Both the position numbers and the translations under genes were made by a program. The notes under the pieces were generated by a model, which was not told where the DNA came from, made no database searches, and saw only the letters and a list, made by a program, of their open reading frames with translations. Below are positions 23,654 through 35,631 of a stretch of 64,000 nucleotides of DNA, piece after piece; the first letter of the stretch is position 1; each line of letters opens with the position of its first letter. Source of the DNA: Thecamonas trahens ATCC 50062 (Eukaryota > Protista > Apusomonadida); assembly GCF_000142905.1 (NCBI RefSeq), contig NW_013657659.1, positions 213,487 to 277,486 of the forward strand. Reading direction: 5' to 3'.

Positions 23654-24943
23654 ATGTCTCTTCCTTCGCAGCCCGCTATCGACGCCATCGCCTCGCTTGC
23701 TGAGGTTCTGGACGAGGTGGTGACCCACACCACGCCTGTACTCCGCCACTTTCTGGCGGTGCTCGGCATCGACACGTCCGAGCTTGACTTTCGTGCACTT
23801 CTCAAGGAGGTGGAGCGCCTGAACATCCCGGTCATCGACACTCGGACGTGCATCGCGCTCCGGCGCATGCTCAACAGCTCGTTTCATCAGAACGCGCAGT
23901 CCAAGGAGGTGGTTATGGCCACCCTCCGCGGCTTTGTCGACTTTCTCGTCTCCATCCAGCGCTTCGGCACGTACCCGGACATGCCCTTGGTTCAGGACAT
24001 TCTAACTTCCACCATTGGGCGTCTGCGGATGGCCAACCAGCCGGCGCAGGTTGCGGCGGCGCGGTCGTCACCGCCACCGCCAGTGGGGGTTGCGCCCACG
24101 ACGGCGCCCACTCGCGATCATGCAGCTGGCACCTGCATCGCCTGCCCAGACCGCTTCGCGCAGGGTTGCCAGCTTGACTCTTCCTGTCCCCTCTGTCACC
24201 ACCCGGATCACGCAGCTGGTGCGCTCAAGGCTCATGGCACGACGTGCGTCCCGTGCCGGTACGCGTTCCGTCCCAGCGGCTGCACCAAGTCGTCGGCTGA
24301 GTGCAGCCACTGCCACCACCCAGATCACGCCCGCCCACGATCGCCGCACGACGCTGGCTCTTGTAAGCCTTGTCGACACTTTGCACGGGGCAACTGCAAC
24401 CGTGGCGCATCGTGCCACTTCTGTCACCACCCTTCGCATGCCGGCGGCGAGAGCCGTGGCTTCCGCCGCGGTGGCCGCCGTGATGGCGGACGCCACAGCG
24501 AGAGCCGCGGCTCCCGCCGTGGCTCGCCAATGAGTGGCAACGCGCGGGGCGAGACTGATGATCGCGGAGATGGCCGTCGTGGAGGTCGTGGACTCTGGAG
24601 TCGTCGTGGCGGATCTGGTCGTCACCGGACCCGCACCCAGTCTTCGTCGCTGCCGCCGTCGCCGGTAACCTCGTCGCCGCCGGTAACCTCGCCGCCGCCG
24701 GTAACCTCGCCGCCGCCGGTAACCTCGCCGCCACCGGTAACCTCGCCGCCGCCGGTAACCTCGCCGCCGCCAGTCTCCGACGTGCACAGCGCGTCGTGTG
24801 TCATCTGCCACCACGAGCCGCGCGGACAGCTCTTCATGCCGTGCATGCACGTCTGCGCCTGCTCGACCTGCTCGTCGCTCATCCACAACTGTCCGATGTG
24901 CCGAGGCGAGATCGAGGATCGCGTTAGCGTCTTCGTCTCGTGA
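23654..24943 (+). CDS. Protein with three extended CCCH-type zinc fingers, an RGG region and a C-terminal C3HC4 RING (putative RNA-binding E3 ligase)
   Basis: Three H..G.C..C...GC.....C..CHHP.H repeats, an RG/RGG tract, and CVIC...PCMHVCACSTC...CPMCR. Confidence 0.8.
   Translation: MSLPSQPAIDAIASLAEVLDEVVTHTTPVLRHFLAVLGIDTSELDFRALLKEVERLNIPVIDTRTCIALRRMLNSSFHQNAQSKEVVMATLRGFVDFLVSIQRFGTYPDMPLVQDILTSTIGRLRMANQPAQVAAARSSPPPPVGVAPTTAPTRDHAAGTCIACPDRFAQGCQLDSSCPLCHHPDHAAGALKAHGTTCVPCRYAFRPSGCTKSSAECSHCHHPDHARPRSPHDAGSCKPCRHFARGNCNRGASCHFCHHPSHAGGESRGFRRGGRRDGGRHSESRGSRRGSPMSGNARGETDDRGDGRRGGRGLWSRRGGSGRHRTRTQSSSLPPSPVTSSPPVTSPPPVTSPPPVTSPPPVTSPPPVTSPPPVSDVHSASCVICHHEPRGQLFMPCMHVCACSTCSSLIHNCPMCRGEIEDRVSVFVS
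24655..24772 (+). repeat. 18-bp coding tandem repeat (VTSPPP), about 6 copies
   Basis: CCGGTAACCTCGCCGCCG units. Confidence 0.9.
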
Positions 24944-25036
24944 CGACTATTCACAAGCGGAAGGGCGTATTCGCCCGACCGCAGCTTATCTGATTTCGCC
25001 AAAAAACAAGCATCACCTCTTCCGCAACAGCCATCA

Positions 25037-26241
25037 TCACTTGCCAGACATTGAGCGCGCCGAGAGGGCAGAGAGCTTGCGGTCGCGGTCGCGGATCCTT
25101 CGCTGAAGGGCAGAGATGGCGTCGGCGTGCTTGCGCTCGCGAGCGTCGGCGGTGTCCACAAGGCCCTGGACTCTGGCCCGCTCGTGGGCGAGCTGGGTCC
25201 GTAGCGATGTATTTGCGGTCTCGGCCCGGCTGACGGCGTCGAGGATCGACTCGTTTGCGGTCTGCTGCGCCAGCCGCAGCGTGGTAGTGAGATCAGCAAT
25301 CTTGGTGTCACGAGCCGCCAGCTCGGCCTCGAGCTCGCGGTTGGTTGCTGCGAGTGCTGCATTCTCGGCACGAGCGGCGGTGAGCGCATCAGCTACCGCA
25401 TTGTGTTCGGCCGTAAGCGCCTCAGACTCTTGTGTCAGCTGCGCAAGCAGGGTGTCGCGCTCGTTGACCTTGTCACGCCACTGGTTCTTGGCGCTCGCCT
25501 CGGCTGCAAGCGCGGCCTGGACCGAGCAGCGGTAGTCTTCCCACGAGCGGATGACACTTGCCTGCTCCTCGACAACCTCAGCGAGCGCGCGAGTCTGGCG
25601 CGCGAGGACCGCAAGATCGTGCTCAGCGCGCGCCTTGGCGTCCTCTGCCTCGTCCCTCTCCCGCTGCAGCGTCGCGATCCGCTCTGCCTGTACCTGGCCC
25701 TCACTCACCAGCTTGGCAAAGGCGTCAGCTGAGAGGCCCTCCACCTCGCGCCGCGGGCGATGGGCCGACTCGCGCGCCTCCTCGCCGGTCGGATCCAGCT
25801 CGGCCACAAGGAGCGGACGAAAGGCTTCGTGGACTAGCGCCATCGGCGAGTCCAACGCGCCGTCGTCGGCGGATATCTCAGGCAGCGCCGGCGGAGGTGA
25901 TGCTGACGGGAGCGCTGATGCAGATGGCGAGCTTTGTGGCGGATTGAGCCGTGGCGAGTGGACGCCCAGCCGGGCCATGAGTCGTGCGACATGTGGCGGG
26001 CGAGCAAGTGGTGCCGGATTGGCCGCCACCAGCTGGCGACCGAGCTCGTACTCGCGAGCCAGCCGCTGGGCTTCGCGGGTCCGCAGGCGTATGGGCGACA
26101 TGCCCGACGCAGCCAGCACCTGCAGGAGAGGCGAAGAGGTGAGTCCGGAACGGGACAAGGTAGGGAGATAGAAAGAGCAAGAGGTAGGAAGGGGAAGCTG
26201 CGTACCTGTGACAGGAGGCTGGTGGCTGGTCCGGCTTGCAT
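25037..26241 (-). CDS. Coiled-coil hypothetical protein; intron 26120-26205
   Basis: MQAGPATSLLSQ|VLAASG via GTACGC..TGCAG. Heptad-rich C-terminal half. Confidence 0.65.
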
Positions 26242-26710
26242 GTGGTGAGGGCGAGAGAAAGGTGGTGGACGGACAACGACCAAGCCGACACTGGCTGGTT
26301 GCTGCGTGGCATGATCGGACGGCGATGCGCCAAAGAGGCTGTTTAACTCTTTACGGTACGGGTTGAGAGGGCAGGGGGGACGGTGCGTTGGGGCTCACCC
26401 GCCGCTTCTCCGGATCGGCGCCGTACGGCACCTCGCGCGCCTCGCGCATGCTCCAGCCGTCCGTCACCGCGAGGGCAACTTGGGCATCCTTCAGGTGGGC
26501 GTCTACGTGTCGGCCGCCATCAAGTGCGGGCGCGCCTCCCACCTCAAGCCGCAGGCCAAGCAGGCGTCGCGCAGCGTCGGCCAGTGACCTTGAAGTCAGG
26601 CATCATCGAGTTGTTCACTTTGAGATGCGCGACAACGCGTCCGAATGACCGTACCGTTAAGGGTTAAAGGCTGACAGCACAGAGCACAGATTCGGAAGAT
26701 GGGAAGGATG

Positions 26711-27534
26711 CTAGAGGGTGAGCCCACCGTCGATGGTGAGGACCGATCCGGTGGTGTAGTTGGAGGTGAGGAGGTAGATGACGCCATGGACGACATCGTC
26801 GACGGTGCCAAAGCTGCCGAGCGGGACCTCAGCCTTGATGGCCTCCACACGGTCGGCAGGAAGCGAGTCGGTGAGCGGAGTCTTGATGTAGCCCGGCTCG
26901 ACGACATTGACCCGGAAGTCGCGGGGAGCCATCTCCAGAGCCAGCGATGCCGAGAGGCCGCGAAGACCTGCCTTTGATGCCGCGTAGGCGGTCTGACCAC
27001 GCGATGCCAGCCCGGCGCCGACCACCGACCCAATCAGTACGATGTCAGTTCGGCGTGATGGGCGCTGGCGGAGAGCGGAGCGGACTACGCTGCGAGCGTA
27101 TCGGGCGGCCGAGGTGAGATTGATGTCGATGACCTCTTCCAGCGCATCCTGCGGCATCGATGCCAGCGGGGCGTTGATCGCCACACCTGCTGCATGGACC
27201 AGAATGTCTGGACGAGCGCCGAGTGAATCGACCGCCGCCGCCACTGCTGCATCGGGCGCCTCGGTCTCGCGCACGTCGCCGGCCACCACCACTGTCGGCC
27301 CAGCAGCCTCCGCCTGGACCTGAGCCAGCCGCTCGCTGTTTCGCCCACACACTGAGGAGGAGAAAGCGAGTAGGGGTGAGCAAAGAGGAGGGGAGGGAAG
27401 GTGAGGGGGGGGGAGGGGGGGTAGGGGGGGTGCGTACAGGCTACCTGCGCACCATGCCAGCTGAGGGCCAGGGCCACGCCGGCGCCGATGCCCGACGATG
27501 CGCCGGTCACGATCGCAGTCCGGCCGGTGAGCAT
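26711..27534 (-). CDS. Short-chain dehydrogenase/reductase (3-oxoacyl-ACP reductase-like); intron 27352-27437
   Basis: TGASSGIG, YAASK, NVVEPGYIKT and IDGG motifs. Splicing gives QVALCGRN. Confidence 0.92.
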
Positions 27535-27685
27535 GGCAGTGGCAGTGGTGTGTGGATGGAGATAGAAAAGGTAGGAGGGGGGAGGGGGGGGGGGGGGCAG
27601 AGAGAGAGAGAGATGCGATCGGCTGTGGTTGTTCTCTGCTGTTGGTGCTGGTGCTGGTGCTTGTGTCAGCGGCTGTCAGGTTTGG

Positions 27686-28387
27686 TCAGAGGCCCGGCTT
27701 GTGGGCCTTGATGATGGCGATGGACATGCCAAAGTCAGGATCGGTCTCGGTGTGGGTCGCATCGGTGTCGACGACGAGGCCGGCAGCGCCAAGGCCGGCT
27801 GTGAGGGCCGAGAGCGGGTGGAGGACGGCGTCAATGTCGTACTTGCCGCCATAATCGACAACGCCCTCACCCTCCCAGGCCGCAAGATAGATCTGGCCGC
27901 CGGCGACGAGCGCCTTACTCCACGCCGCAAAGAGCGCGGGCAGATCGGTCGCCGCCACGTGGTGGACGACAAAGAAGCAGATGATGCCCCGGCAGCTGCC
28001 GCTCTCAAGCTCCGTTGCCGTGCTTCCATCGCGAATAGTGATGCGACTAGCCGCAGCTGGAGGCAGCGCCTCGATCTTGGCGGCAGCAGCCGCGCGCATC
28101 GCCGCCGACGGCTCCAGGCCGACCAGCGGCGGAACGCGGTCGAGGCGAGCAAGGACTGCCAGCGCATCGGCGGATCCGCATCCGACATCGACAATGGGCG
28201 CGTCCTCAGCGGCCTCCGTGCTTGTGGTGGCAAGAACCCGAGTCAAAAAGTCCGGAAGGCCCTCGGCGTACATTGGCTTGGCCATCTCGTCGTCCATACC
28301 GGCGGCGTACCAGCCGGCCACCTCCTCGTACATGGCATTGACAGACTCACTGTCGGATACGCCCGCACTATGGCCAACACTAGCCAT
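27686..28387 (-). CDS. Class I SAM-dependent methyltransferase
   Basis: VDVGCGS motif I, GLEPSAAM, and FFVVHH...ALVAGG. Confidence 0.85.
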   Translation of the reverse strand: MASVGHSAGVSDSESVNAMYEEVAGWYAAGMDDEMAKPMYAEGLPDFLTRVLATTSTEAAEDAPIVDVGCGSADALAVLARLDRVPPLVGLEPSAAMRAAAAAKIEALPPAAASRITIRDGSTATELESGSCRGIICFFVVHHVAATDLPALFAAWSKALVAGGQIYLAAWEGEGVVDYGGKYDIDAVLHPLSALTAGLGAAGLVVDTDATHTETDPDFGMSIAIIKAHKPGL

Positions 28388-28666
28388 ACTCAAGCACGTC
28401 TGGTTTCTGCAAGAGACGGATGGTTGCTCTTGGTTGTGTTCACCTCTGTCACTTGTCGCGGGGTGTGGCCAGCATCAACCCATGTCCGTCAACCCAATCA
28501 CGTCCATCGTTCTCTCCTTCCCCCCCCACAAGTCGCCTTGAAAGGGTGGCGATCAACCGGCGGGTGGCCGACGAGGTGCGGGCGGGCGGCAGAGCGGTGC
28601 GGCGGGCAGACGACCGACGAGCGACGACTGTCGAGTGACAGTACTCAACCACCACCACTACCACCT

Positions 28667-31454
28667 ATGGGCCGGCGCAAGAAGAAGGCCAAGACGGCGA
28701 CGTCCGTGGCCACGAGCGACCCCAACGAGCTCCCGGCCAAGTTCAACAAGGACTTCCGTACAATTAAGGTACGTTTGCACACGCTTGAACAAGATTTTTC
28801 TCTACCTCTGCCAGCTGTTCTCCATCCCCCCCCCCCCCCCTCCTCCCCTCCTCCCCTCTGCTGCGGTGGGATGCCAAATTCTTGGCCGACTGCACAGCGT
28901 CGGACTCATGGGAGCCATCATATGAGGGAGTGCACAGACTGCGTATGATGCCAAGCTGTACAAGAAGGCGCTCAAGGCTGCGGATAACATCCTCAAGGCG
29001 TGCCCGAAGCATGGCGAGACGCTGACGCTCAAGGGCATTGTGGTGGACGCCATGGGCAAGAAGGACGACGGCGAGGCGCTGATCGTGGCTGGCGTCGAGT
29101 CCAACCCGACCTCGTTTGCCTGCTGGAACTACTACGGGCTCTTCTGCAAGTCGCACTCGATGTACACGACGGCGATCAAGGCGTTCAAGAACGCACTCAA
29201 GTACGCTGCACCCGAGCACGAGATGAACATGCGCTACGAGCTCATGGCATTGTACGTGCAGACGGAGCGGATGGAGGCCTTCCTCGACCAGGCCAACGAG
29301 GCGCTCAAGATCAAGTCGGACGTCAAGCGCAACTGGATTGCTCTCGCCATTGCGTACCACCTCAACGCCAACTACTCGATGGCGCTGACGGTCCTCGACA
29401 CCTTTGAGGACTCGACCGGCGGCCTCGAGCCGTGGGTCCAGCCGGCCGACGATCCGACGGCGGTGCCCAAGGCCGCCACGTCGGAAATCCAGCTGTACAA
29501 GATCATGATCCTCATCGAAGGCGGCGAGCACGCCCGCGCCCTGGCTGCCATGGACGCCGCAGAGACCAACATTGCCGACAAGGACCAGCTCCTGGTCTTC
29601 CGCGCCGAGTGCTACCTCGCCCTCGGCCAGACCGCCGAGGCCGAGGCCGCCTACGCCAAGCTCATTGCCATCAACCCGGAGAACCTCGAGTACCACAAGG
29701 GCATGCTTGCCGCCAAGGGCGTGACGCTCGCAGACAAGCCGGCCGACATGGAGCCCGCCGCCCTCGACTCGCTCCACACCACCTATGCAACCCTCGCCGA
29801 GACGTACCCCAAGTGCAACGCCGTCCAGGACATCATCCTCCGCTTCTCGCGGAACGTGGCCGACTACAAGACCCAGCTGCAGGTTGTCCTCCCCAAGCCG
29901 CTTCGCAAGGGCACGCCCTCGCTCTTCAACCGCATCGCCGGTGTCACTACCGACCCGGCCCACTGGGGCGCCCTCGAGGAGCTGGTGGTCAGCGAGTACT
30001 TGCCACGCGCCGCCGCCGGTACGTCAATGACCGGCGGCGACGAGGCCGAGCCGCCGTCGACGCACCTCTGGGTCCTCTTCTTTGTGGCGCAGCTGTACCA
30101 GGCGACCCACCGGTCTGAGCTCGCACTCGAGACCATCAACGCCGCCATTGCACACACGCCCACCGTTGTCGACCTCTACGCCTTCAAGGCCGTCATCTAC
30201 GGCCAGTGTGGCGACCACGTGACCGCCGTCGAGTGGATCGAGTTTGCCCGCTCGCTCGATCTCGCCGACCGCTACCTCAACACCACCGCCGGCAAGTACC
30301 TGCTCGCCGCCGACATGGTGCCCGAGGCCATGGACGTCGTCCGCCTCTTCACCAAGGACTCGGACGCGTACAACTCAATGTTTGACATGCAGACGCTGTG
30401 GTACGAGCTCGCCCGCGGCGAGGCCCACGTCCGCCGCGGCGAGCTGGGCCCGGCCCTCAAGATGTTCACCTTTGCCATGGACGCCATCGACCAGTACGTC
30501 ACCGACCAGTACGAGTTCCACAAGTACGCCCTCCGCTGCTTCTCCATCCCCATCTACATCGACATGCTCCGCACCTTCCGCGCCATCCACTCGGACAAGC
30601 GCTACGCCACTGCCGCCCTCGGCGCATGCACCATCTACCTCAAGCTTCACGAGGAGGCCGCCGCACACGCCGCCCTCCCGCCCGCAGAGGCTCGCGCTGC
30701 CTCAAAGGCCGCGCGCGCCGCGCGCAAGGCCCAGGTCGAGCCCATCGCCGGCCGCATGAAGGTCGAGGCCAACGCCGGCCGCCAGCGCAAGTCCACCGGC
30801 AAGCATCCCGACACCGACCCTGCCGGCCTCGCCATGGCCTCGGTCGAGAACCCGCTCGCTAAGGCCGCTAACATTGTGGCCAAGCTCACCAAGTTCCACC
30901 CGAACGACCTCGACGCCCACGCCATCGCTGTCCGCATCCATCTCGCTCGCAACAAGCCGGTTCTCGCCCTCCGCTCCCTCGCCCTGCTCCTCGCCCTCGA
31001 CCCGGCCTCGCCGCAGGCCCTTGCTGCCCGCTGGCGCATCGAGGCCGCCGCCATCAACGGCTCGCTCCTCGCTGAATGTGCTGATGACACCACCGTCGTC
31101 GCCTTTGTCAACGACCGCCTCGCCGCCCTTCCCGGCGGCGCCCACGCCTCGCTCGACGCCCTGCAGGCCGCCGGCAATACCGCACTTGCCAACGCCACGG
31201 CCCTTGACGACGTCATCGCCATCATCGACTCTCTCCTCACCGTCGTTGCCATGGAGCCGTCGGCCGACCTCAAGGCTGCCCTCACTCGCGCCGTCTCGGC
31301 CGCCCTCGCTGTCCAGCCCGTTCACACCGACGCCCACGTCGTCCTCGCTGCCGCCGTCGACCTCGCCGGCCGCCTCGACCCGGCCGGTGCCCTCGCCGCC
31401 GACATCAAGGCCCAGGCCCACGCTGCGCTTCCGCTTTGTGCCGCCTTTGTCTAA
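28667..31454 (+). CDS. NAA15: NatA auxiliary subunit (Nat1/NAA15); intron 28769-28937
   Basis: Spliced YDAKLYKKALKAADNILK..HGETLTLKG, TPR repeats, AIAHTPTVVDLY, ARSLDLADRYLN and DMQTLWY. Confidence 0.93.
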
Positions 31455-31514
31455 TAGAGTAAAAGCGAAATGTTCTCGTTATTGAGCGACTTTATATTTG
31501 GCTCGGCCCCTCTG

Positions 31515-33707
31515 TCAGTGGGTGCCGTCGCCCCGGTCCTCGGTCCCTCCCCTCGCAGTAGTGCTGCTGGACGAGCCTGGTCCACCGTCGTCGCCCGAGC
31601 CCGAACCAGATCCAGATCCAGAATTAGGACCCGCAGTTGAGCTCGAGAGCGATAAAACCACATCCAACTCATCACCACTCTCCGCCTCGGTCTCGGGTCC
31701 CAAGCTCGGCTCGATGACCGCCCCCTCACCTGCGCCAACGCCTACGTCGGCACCTGCGCCGCCCATGCCCTCGCCAGGCGTGGGCCCGGCCCACACCTCG
31801 GGCGGTGCCTCCGACCACGGCCGATGGGTGACGGCCATGTGCTCGGGCGCATTGCCCCGCTTCGTCCAGTAGGAAAAGATGCCTTCGCCGGTGGCGATCG
31901 CCGGCAGGTCCCAGCCGCCAAACACAACGGCGTTGGTCCAGTTGTCGACCGAGTTGATAAAGGCTTCGGCCTCGAGGCCGACATGGTCAGCGATGGCGTG
32001 CATGACCCACAGCGCCTCCTGCGGCTGGTCGTTTTGCCCGTCAGCCTCGGCCCACGCTGCGTTCTTGATGAGATTGCTGAGAACAGTGTCGATGGCCTGG
32101 TCGTACGCCGCGTCACTGAGCTCGCAGGTCCCCGCCCCGCGCCCCAGCGGCTGCTCCAGCTCCAGCTCGTCGAGCGAAACGTCAAAATTCGGAAGGAGCT
32201 CCGACATGGTCTCCGAGTACGACATGGCCTCCATCTCGGCCGGCTGGCTGCCGACGAGCGGATCGGCCGACGCAAGCTCTTTCATCACATCGGCGCTGAG
32301 GCCGAGCGAGGTGCGGATGCCGCGAGATGCGTTGTGTGAGCCCTGCTCTGGGAGCTCGCACCGCAGAGCCAGCGTCTCGATGCCGTGAACCGCCAGCCCC
32401 AGCGCGGTATCGTACGAGACCGGCTTTCCGTCCGCAGCCATCCCGTAGGTGTACTCATCGTCGCGTGGGAGTGCAAGGTCCGGGCGCAGCCGGGTCATCT
32501 CCTTGTGGGCGAGCGCCTCGAACCAAGATGGAAAGTCAAACTCGAAGATGCCCTGCAGAACGGCAGTGAGCTCGGCGTTGTGCGGCTGCTGCTGGTCATA
32601 ACTAAACGCGTAGCGCCTAACGAGCGCAATGGCAATGGCCAGCGCGACGGCCTCATTCGTGCCGGGCACCGACTCGGCCTGCGGGCGGGCAATTAGCGTC
32701 ATCTGGCCATGAATGCGCAGAGCGAGATGTGCCATCGCCGGCGGAAGCTCCAGCGCCCGTGCATAGCGCACAATGTAGAGGTAGCTGGGAGGGTCGAGCC
32801 AATCGCGCGGGACGAGACGGAAGACAAGCTCGGTCGTTACCCGGTAGAAGCGGCGGAACATGAGGGTAGATCGCAGGATGTTGGCAAACGGCCCGCGATG
32901 CGCCCAGCCGCGGACGATGCGGTCGTACTCGTTCCATCCAAGTAAGCCGCGCGCTTGCCACCGCACAATGTCCAGCACGGAGACCGGAAGCCCGGCATGA
33001 GCAAAGGCGAGGCCAACGAGGACGTACACCAGCGAGCCGCTTCGATTGCCGAGCGTCTCGAGAATGCCAACAGCCAGATCGATCGTCTCCACCGGCTCGT
33101 CAGCAAGGGCAAACGAGTCGGCGGCCATGTCCTCCTTTGTCATTCTGAACAGAGGCGACCGACGATGGACGCGCCAGCGGAGGCCCAGCTTGGCAGCCAC
33201 CTCCTTGCCGAGCACGCCGATGGCAAAGGGGAGCGAGGCTTGCGACGCGGACCGCGTCTTATCGATCAAGAGGTGACCACGCTTCCGCTGGCCCTCGATC
33301 ACGGCAAAGTACGTCTCACGGCACCAGGCAACCGACTCGCTCGGAAGGCCGAGGTTGCGCGAGGCGGCAGCGAGGACGGCCTTGAGGGCCTTGCTCTGCA
33401 GCGCAAGAAACTGGCCGAGGCTCATGTACGGCAGATTCTGACGGCCGCGCTTCTTCTTGCCGGGCTTGGACTTTTGCCGGAGCATTCGCCGCTCCTCCCG
33501 TAGCCGCGATCGCATGTTCTTCCGCAGCTGCGACGAGCCGAGCCACACATCGCCGCTGTTCTCGGTCTCCTGCGCCACGTAGTCGCTCGACACCGTCGAG
33601 CACCGCGAGCACACCATCAACCCGCCGTCCTGCAGTGCAAACTTGGTAGCTCCGCACGCCCGACACACCAGCTTGGCCGCACGCCCAGCCTTGGACACCG
33701 CCTTCAT
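31515..33707 (-). CDS. Probable RNA polymerase I initiation factor TAF1B/Rrn7
   Basis: N-terminal zinc ribbon CRACG...DGGLMVCSRC, and PVSVLDIVRW...GLL cyclin-fold-like motif typical of Rrn7/TAF1B. Confidence 0.65.
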   Translation of the reverse strand: MKAVSKAGRAAKLVCRACGATKFALQDGGLMVCSRCSTVSSDYVAQETENSGDVWLGSSQLRKNMRSRLREERRMLRQKSKPGKKKRGRQNLPYMSLGQFLALQSKALKAVLAAASRNLGLPSESVAWCRETYFAVIEGQRKRGHLLIDKTRSASQASLPFAIGVLGKEVAAKLGLRWRVHRRSPLFRMTKEDMAADSFALADEPVETIDLAVGILETLGNRSGSLVYVLVGLAFAHAGLPVSVLDIVRWQARGLLGWNEYDRIVRGWAHRGPFANILRSTLMFRRFYRVTTELVFRLVPRDWLDPPSYLYIVRYARALELPPAMAHLALRIHGQMTLIARPQAESVPGTNEAVALAIAIALVRRYAFSYDQQQPHNAELTAVLQGIFEFDFPSWFEALAHKEMTRLRPDLALPRDDEYTYGMAADGKPVSYDTALGLAVHGIETLALRCELPEQGSHNASRGIRTSLGLSADVMKELASADPLVGSQPAEMEAMSYSETMSELLPNFDVSLDELELEQPLGRGAGTCELSDAAYDQAIDTVLSNLIKNAAWAEADGQNDQPQEALWVMHAIADHVGLEAEAFINSVDNWTNAVVFGGWDLPAIATGEGIFSYWTKRGNAPEHMAVTHRPWSEAPPEVWAGPTPGEGMGGAGADVGVGAGEGAVIEPSLGPETEAESGDELDVVLSLSSSTAGPNSGSGSGSGSGDDGGPGSSSSTTARGGTEDRGDGTH

Positions 33708-33888
33708 ATCCTTGGTGTGGTCGCGGCGAGCGGTGTGACTCGCCCAAGGACAAGGGGCCGTAGCCGTGCCAGCGGGTGATGGCAGGATGGGGAGACATTT
33801 AGGCTCACAGCGCGCTGAGTGACACCACGATGGCGGCAGCGGTCAGGTGGGAGGGAGGCGTTCAATAGCTGCAATGGCACAGCGAGGG

Positions 33889-34968
33889 CTACACGTCCAA
33901 CGTCTCCCAGCCGAGCTGAAGGCTAAATGCAAGAAAGTCCTTGCGGTAGAGACGGGCGATAGTGGCAAGGGCCGAGTGGACGCACGACTGCGGCTTGGCC
34001 GACGAGGCGCAGGCCAAGGCGACAGCAGCCGCGGCTGGTGGTGGTGGCGGTGGCAGCGGCTGGCGCTGCCAGCCTGAGGCATAAAGGTAGCGGAGGGCGG
34101 GCTCGCGTCGCATCAGCCGCACCTCCAGCTGGCTCAGGATGCACTCGAGGCCATTGTCGAGATCGTCGTAGTCCACAACATGCTCGTAGGCATGGAGTAG
34201 GTCCCACGCATTGCCGACAGCCACCGCTGGCGCCCAGAGCCACGCAGCGTCCCATACGGCAGGTGGTGCGCTCAGTGCAGCCGCCACCCGGGCGGCAAAC
34301 TCGTCCAGCGCCAGCTCCTCAAGGGCTGGCGGACAGGAGGCGCCGGCTGGTAGACCCAGTGCGACGCAACGAGCGTCCAGCGACTCTTCGTTATCATTGA
34401 AGAGCACGTGGCGCTCAGCATAAGCGGCGAGCATGCGATGGACCGGATGGCGGGCAATGAGGAGGCGGACACCCGCCGGGCTGAGCATGAGGAACTCGCG
34501 GGCCGATGCTGCCAGCTGCCACACCCTGCTGAAGGTACTCTCTGACGCTGCGTCAGCAATCTCCATCAAGCCAAAGATGGCAGCATCGAGCCGTCTCGCA
34601 CCAGCGTAAGCTGCCGCGCAGTGAACCAAGCCCAGGGCAGGATGGACGCCCGGTGTGCGCAGTTCGGCGAGCGGAGTGGTCGGCGGCGTGATGAGGGTGA
34701 ACCAGTCCACACCGGCATCGATTTGCAGTGAGCCCTGATGATGGCGGACGCGGCGATCCGCGACCTTCAAGCAGTCTTGCCGCACTGGCGGGAGCTGCCC
34801 ACTCTGCCTGACGTCTCTAAGCATGATGGGATCCAGGACGAGCCAGAGACCATAGGTGATGGCAGCCAGGCCAACAACAGCCACCAGGCACAGCCACCGC
34901 AGCCACCGTGAGCGAGCCGCCCGGGACGCCAGCAACCACAGCAGTCGTTTGAGCTGTACCTCACGCAT
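33889..34968 (-). CDS. Golgi type II membrane sulfotransferase family 2 (CHST-like), divergent
   Basis: N-terminal TM, ARHPVHRMLAAY (3'-PB-like), YEHVVDYDDL and LYRKDFLAF. Confidence 0.65.
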   Translation of the reverse strand: MREVQLKRLLWLLASRAARSRWLRWLCLVAVVGLAAITYGLWLVLDPIMLRDVRQSGQLPPVRQDCLKVADRRVRHHQGSLQIDAGVDWFTLITPPTTPLAELRTPGVHPALGLVHCAAAYAGARRLDAAIFGLMEIADAASESTFSRVWQLAASAREFLMLSPAGVRLLIARHPVHRMLAAYAERHVLFNDNEESLDARCVALGLPAGASCPPALEELALDEFAARVAAALSAPPAVWDAAWLWAPAVAVGNAWDLLHAYEHVVDYDDLDNGLECILSQLEVRLMRREPALRYLYASGWQRQPLPPPPPPAAAAVALACASSAKPQSCVHSALATIARLYRKDFLAFSLQLGWETLDV

Positions 34969-35143
34969 GTGGCGCGGAGGGAGGGGGGGGGGGGGGTGAG
35001 GGGAGGACTGTGGTGGTGGTGGCTGTGGCGGGAGTGGCCGTGGCCGTGGCGATGGCAGCCCCCCTGACAGTCCCTCCCCCTCCCCAACCCCCTCCCCTAC
35101 CCTACCCCGCCTACCGCCACTACCGCTACCACTTGACGACAGT

Positions 35144-35631
35144 ATGGCCATGGCAACTGTGACTGCCGAGGACGTGGCCTTTCTGGGCAACACTTTCATG
35201 GAGGGCATCGGCTTTGCTATTGTCCTCTTTGGCCTCTCTGTCTCTCCCCTCACCAACGCCGTGAGCAAGTCACTGTACGTGGCCACCACACCCATACCCA
35301 TACTCATACCCATGCCCATGTCCATGCCCATGCCCATGCACTCACTCTCATCTTGCCCTTGCCCTTGCCCTTGCCCGCCCACAGCCTCCCGACTCGCCTC
35401 TTCGGTGCAGCAGCAGGCGCCATTGCCCTGCTCTCCTACCTCGCCTGGGCCTCGACGTCAACCGAGGCCAAGACCATGGCCGCCATCGTCTGCACCTTCT
35501 ACCACATCCAGGCCACCCTCATCGCCCTCAACGAGAGCACGGCAGCAACTCGTCCCGCAGTCATCGTCCACGCCGCTCTCGCATCCGCCTTTGTCTATGC
35601 CTTCAAGGACGCGTGGTTTGCTCAGGCCTGA
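35144..35631 (+). CDS. Small multi-pass membrane protein; intron 35275-35384
   Basis: GTACGT..CACAG intron joins SKSL|LPTRLFGAA in frame. About 4 hydrophobic segments. Confidence 0.7.

Noticed and set aside
26351-26607. Small minus-strand ORF or extra exon (LADAARRLLGLRLEV...)
   Set aside because: No in-frame ATG at its start and no recognisable motif. It could be a real exon but cannot be supported.
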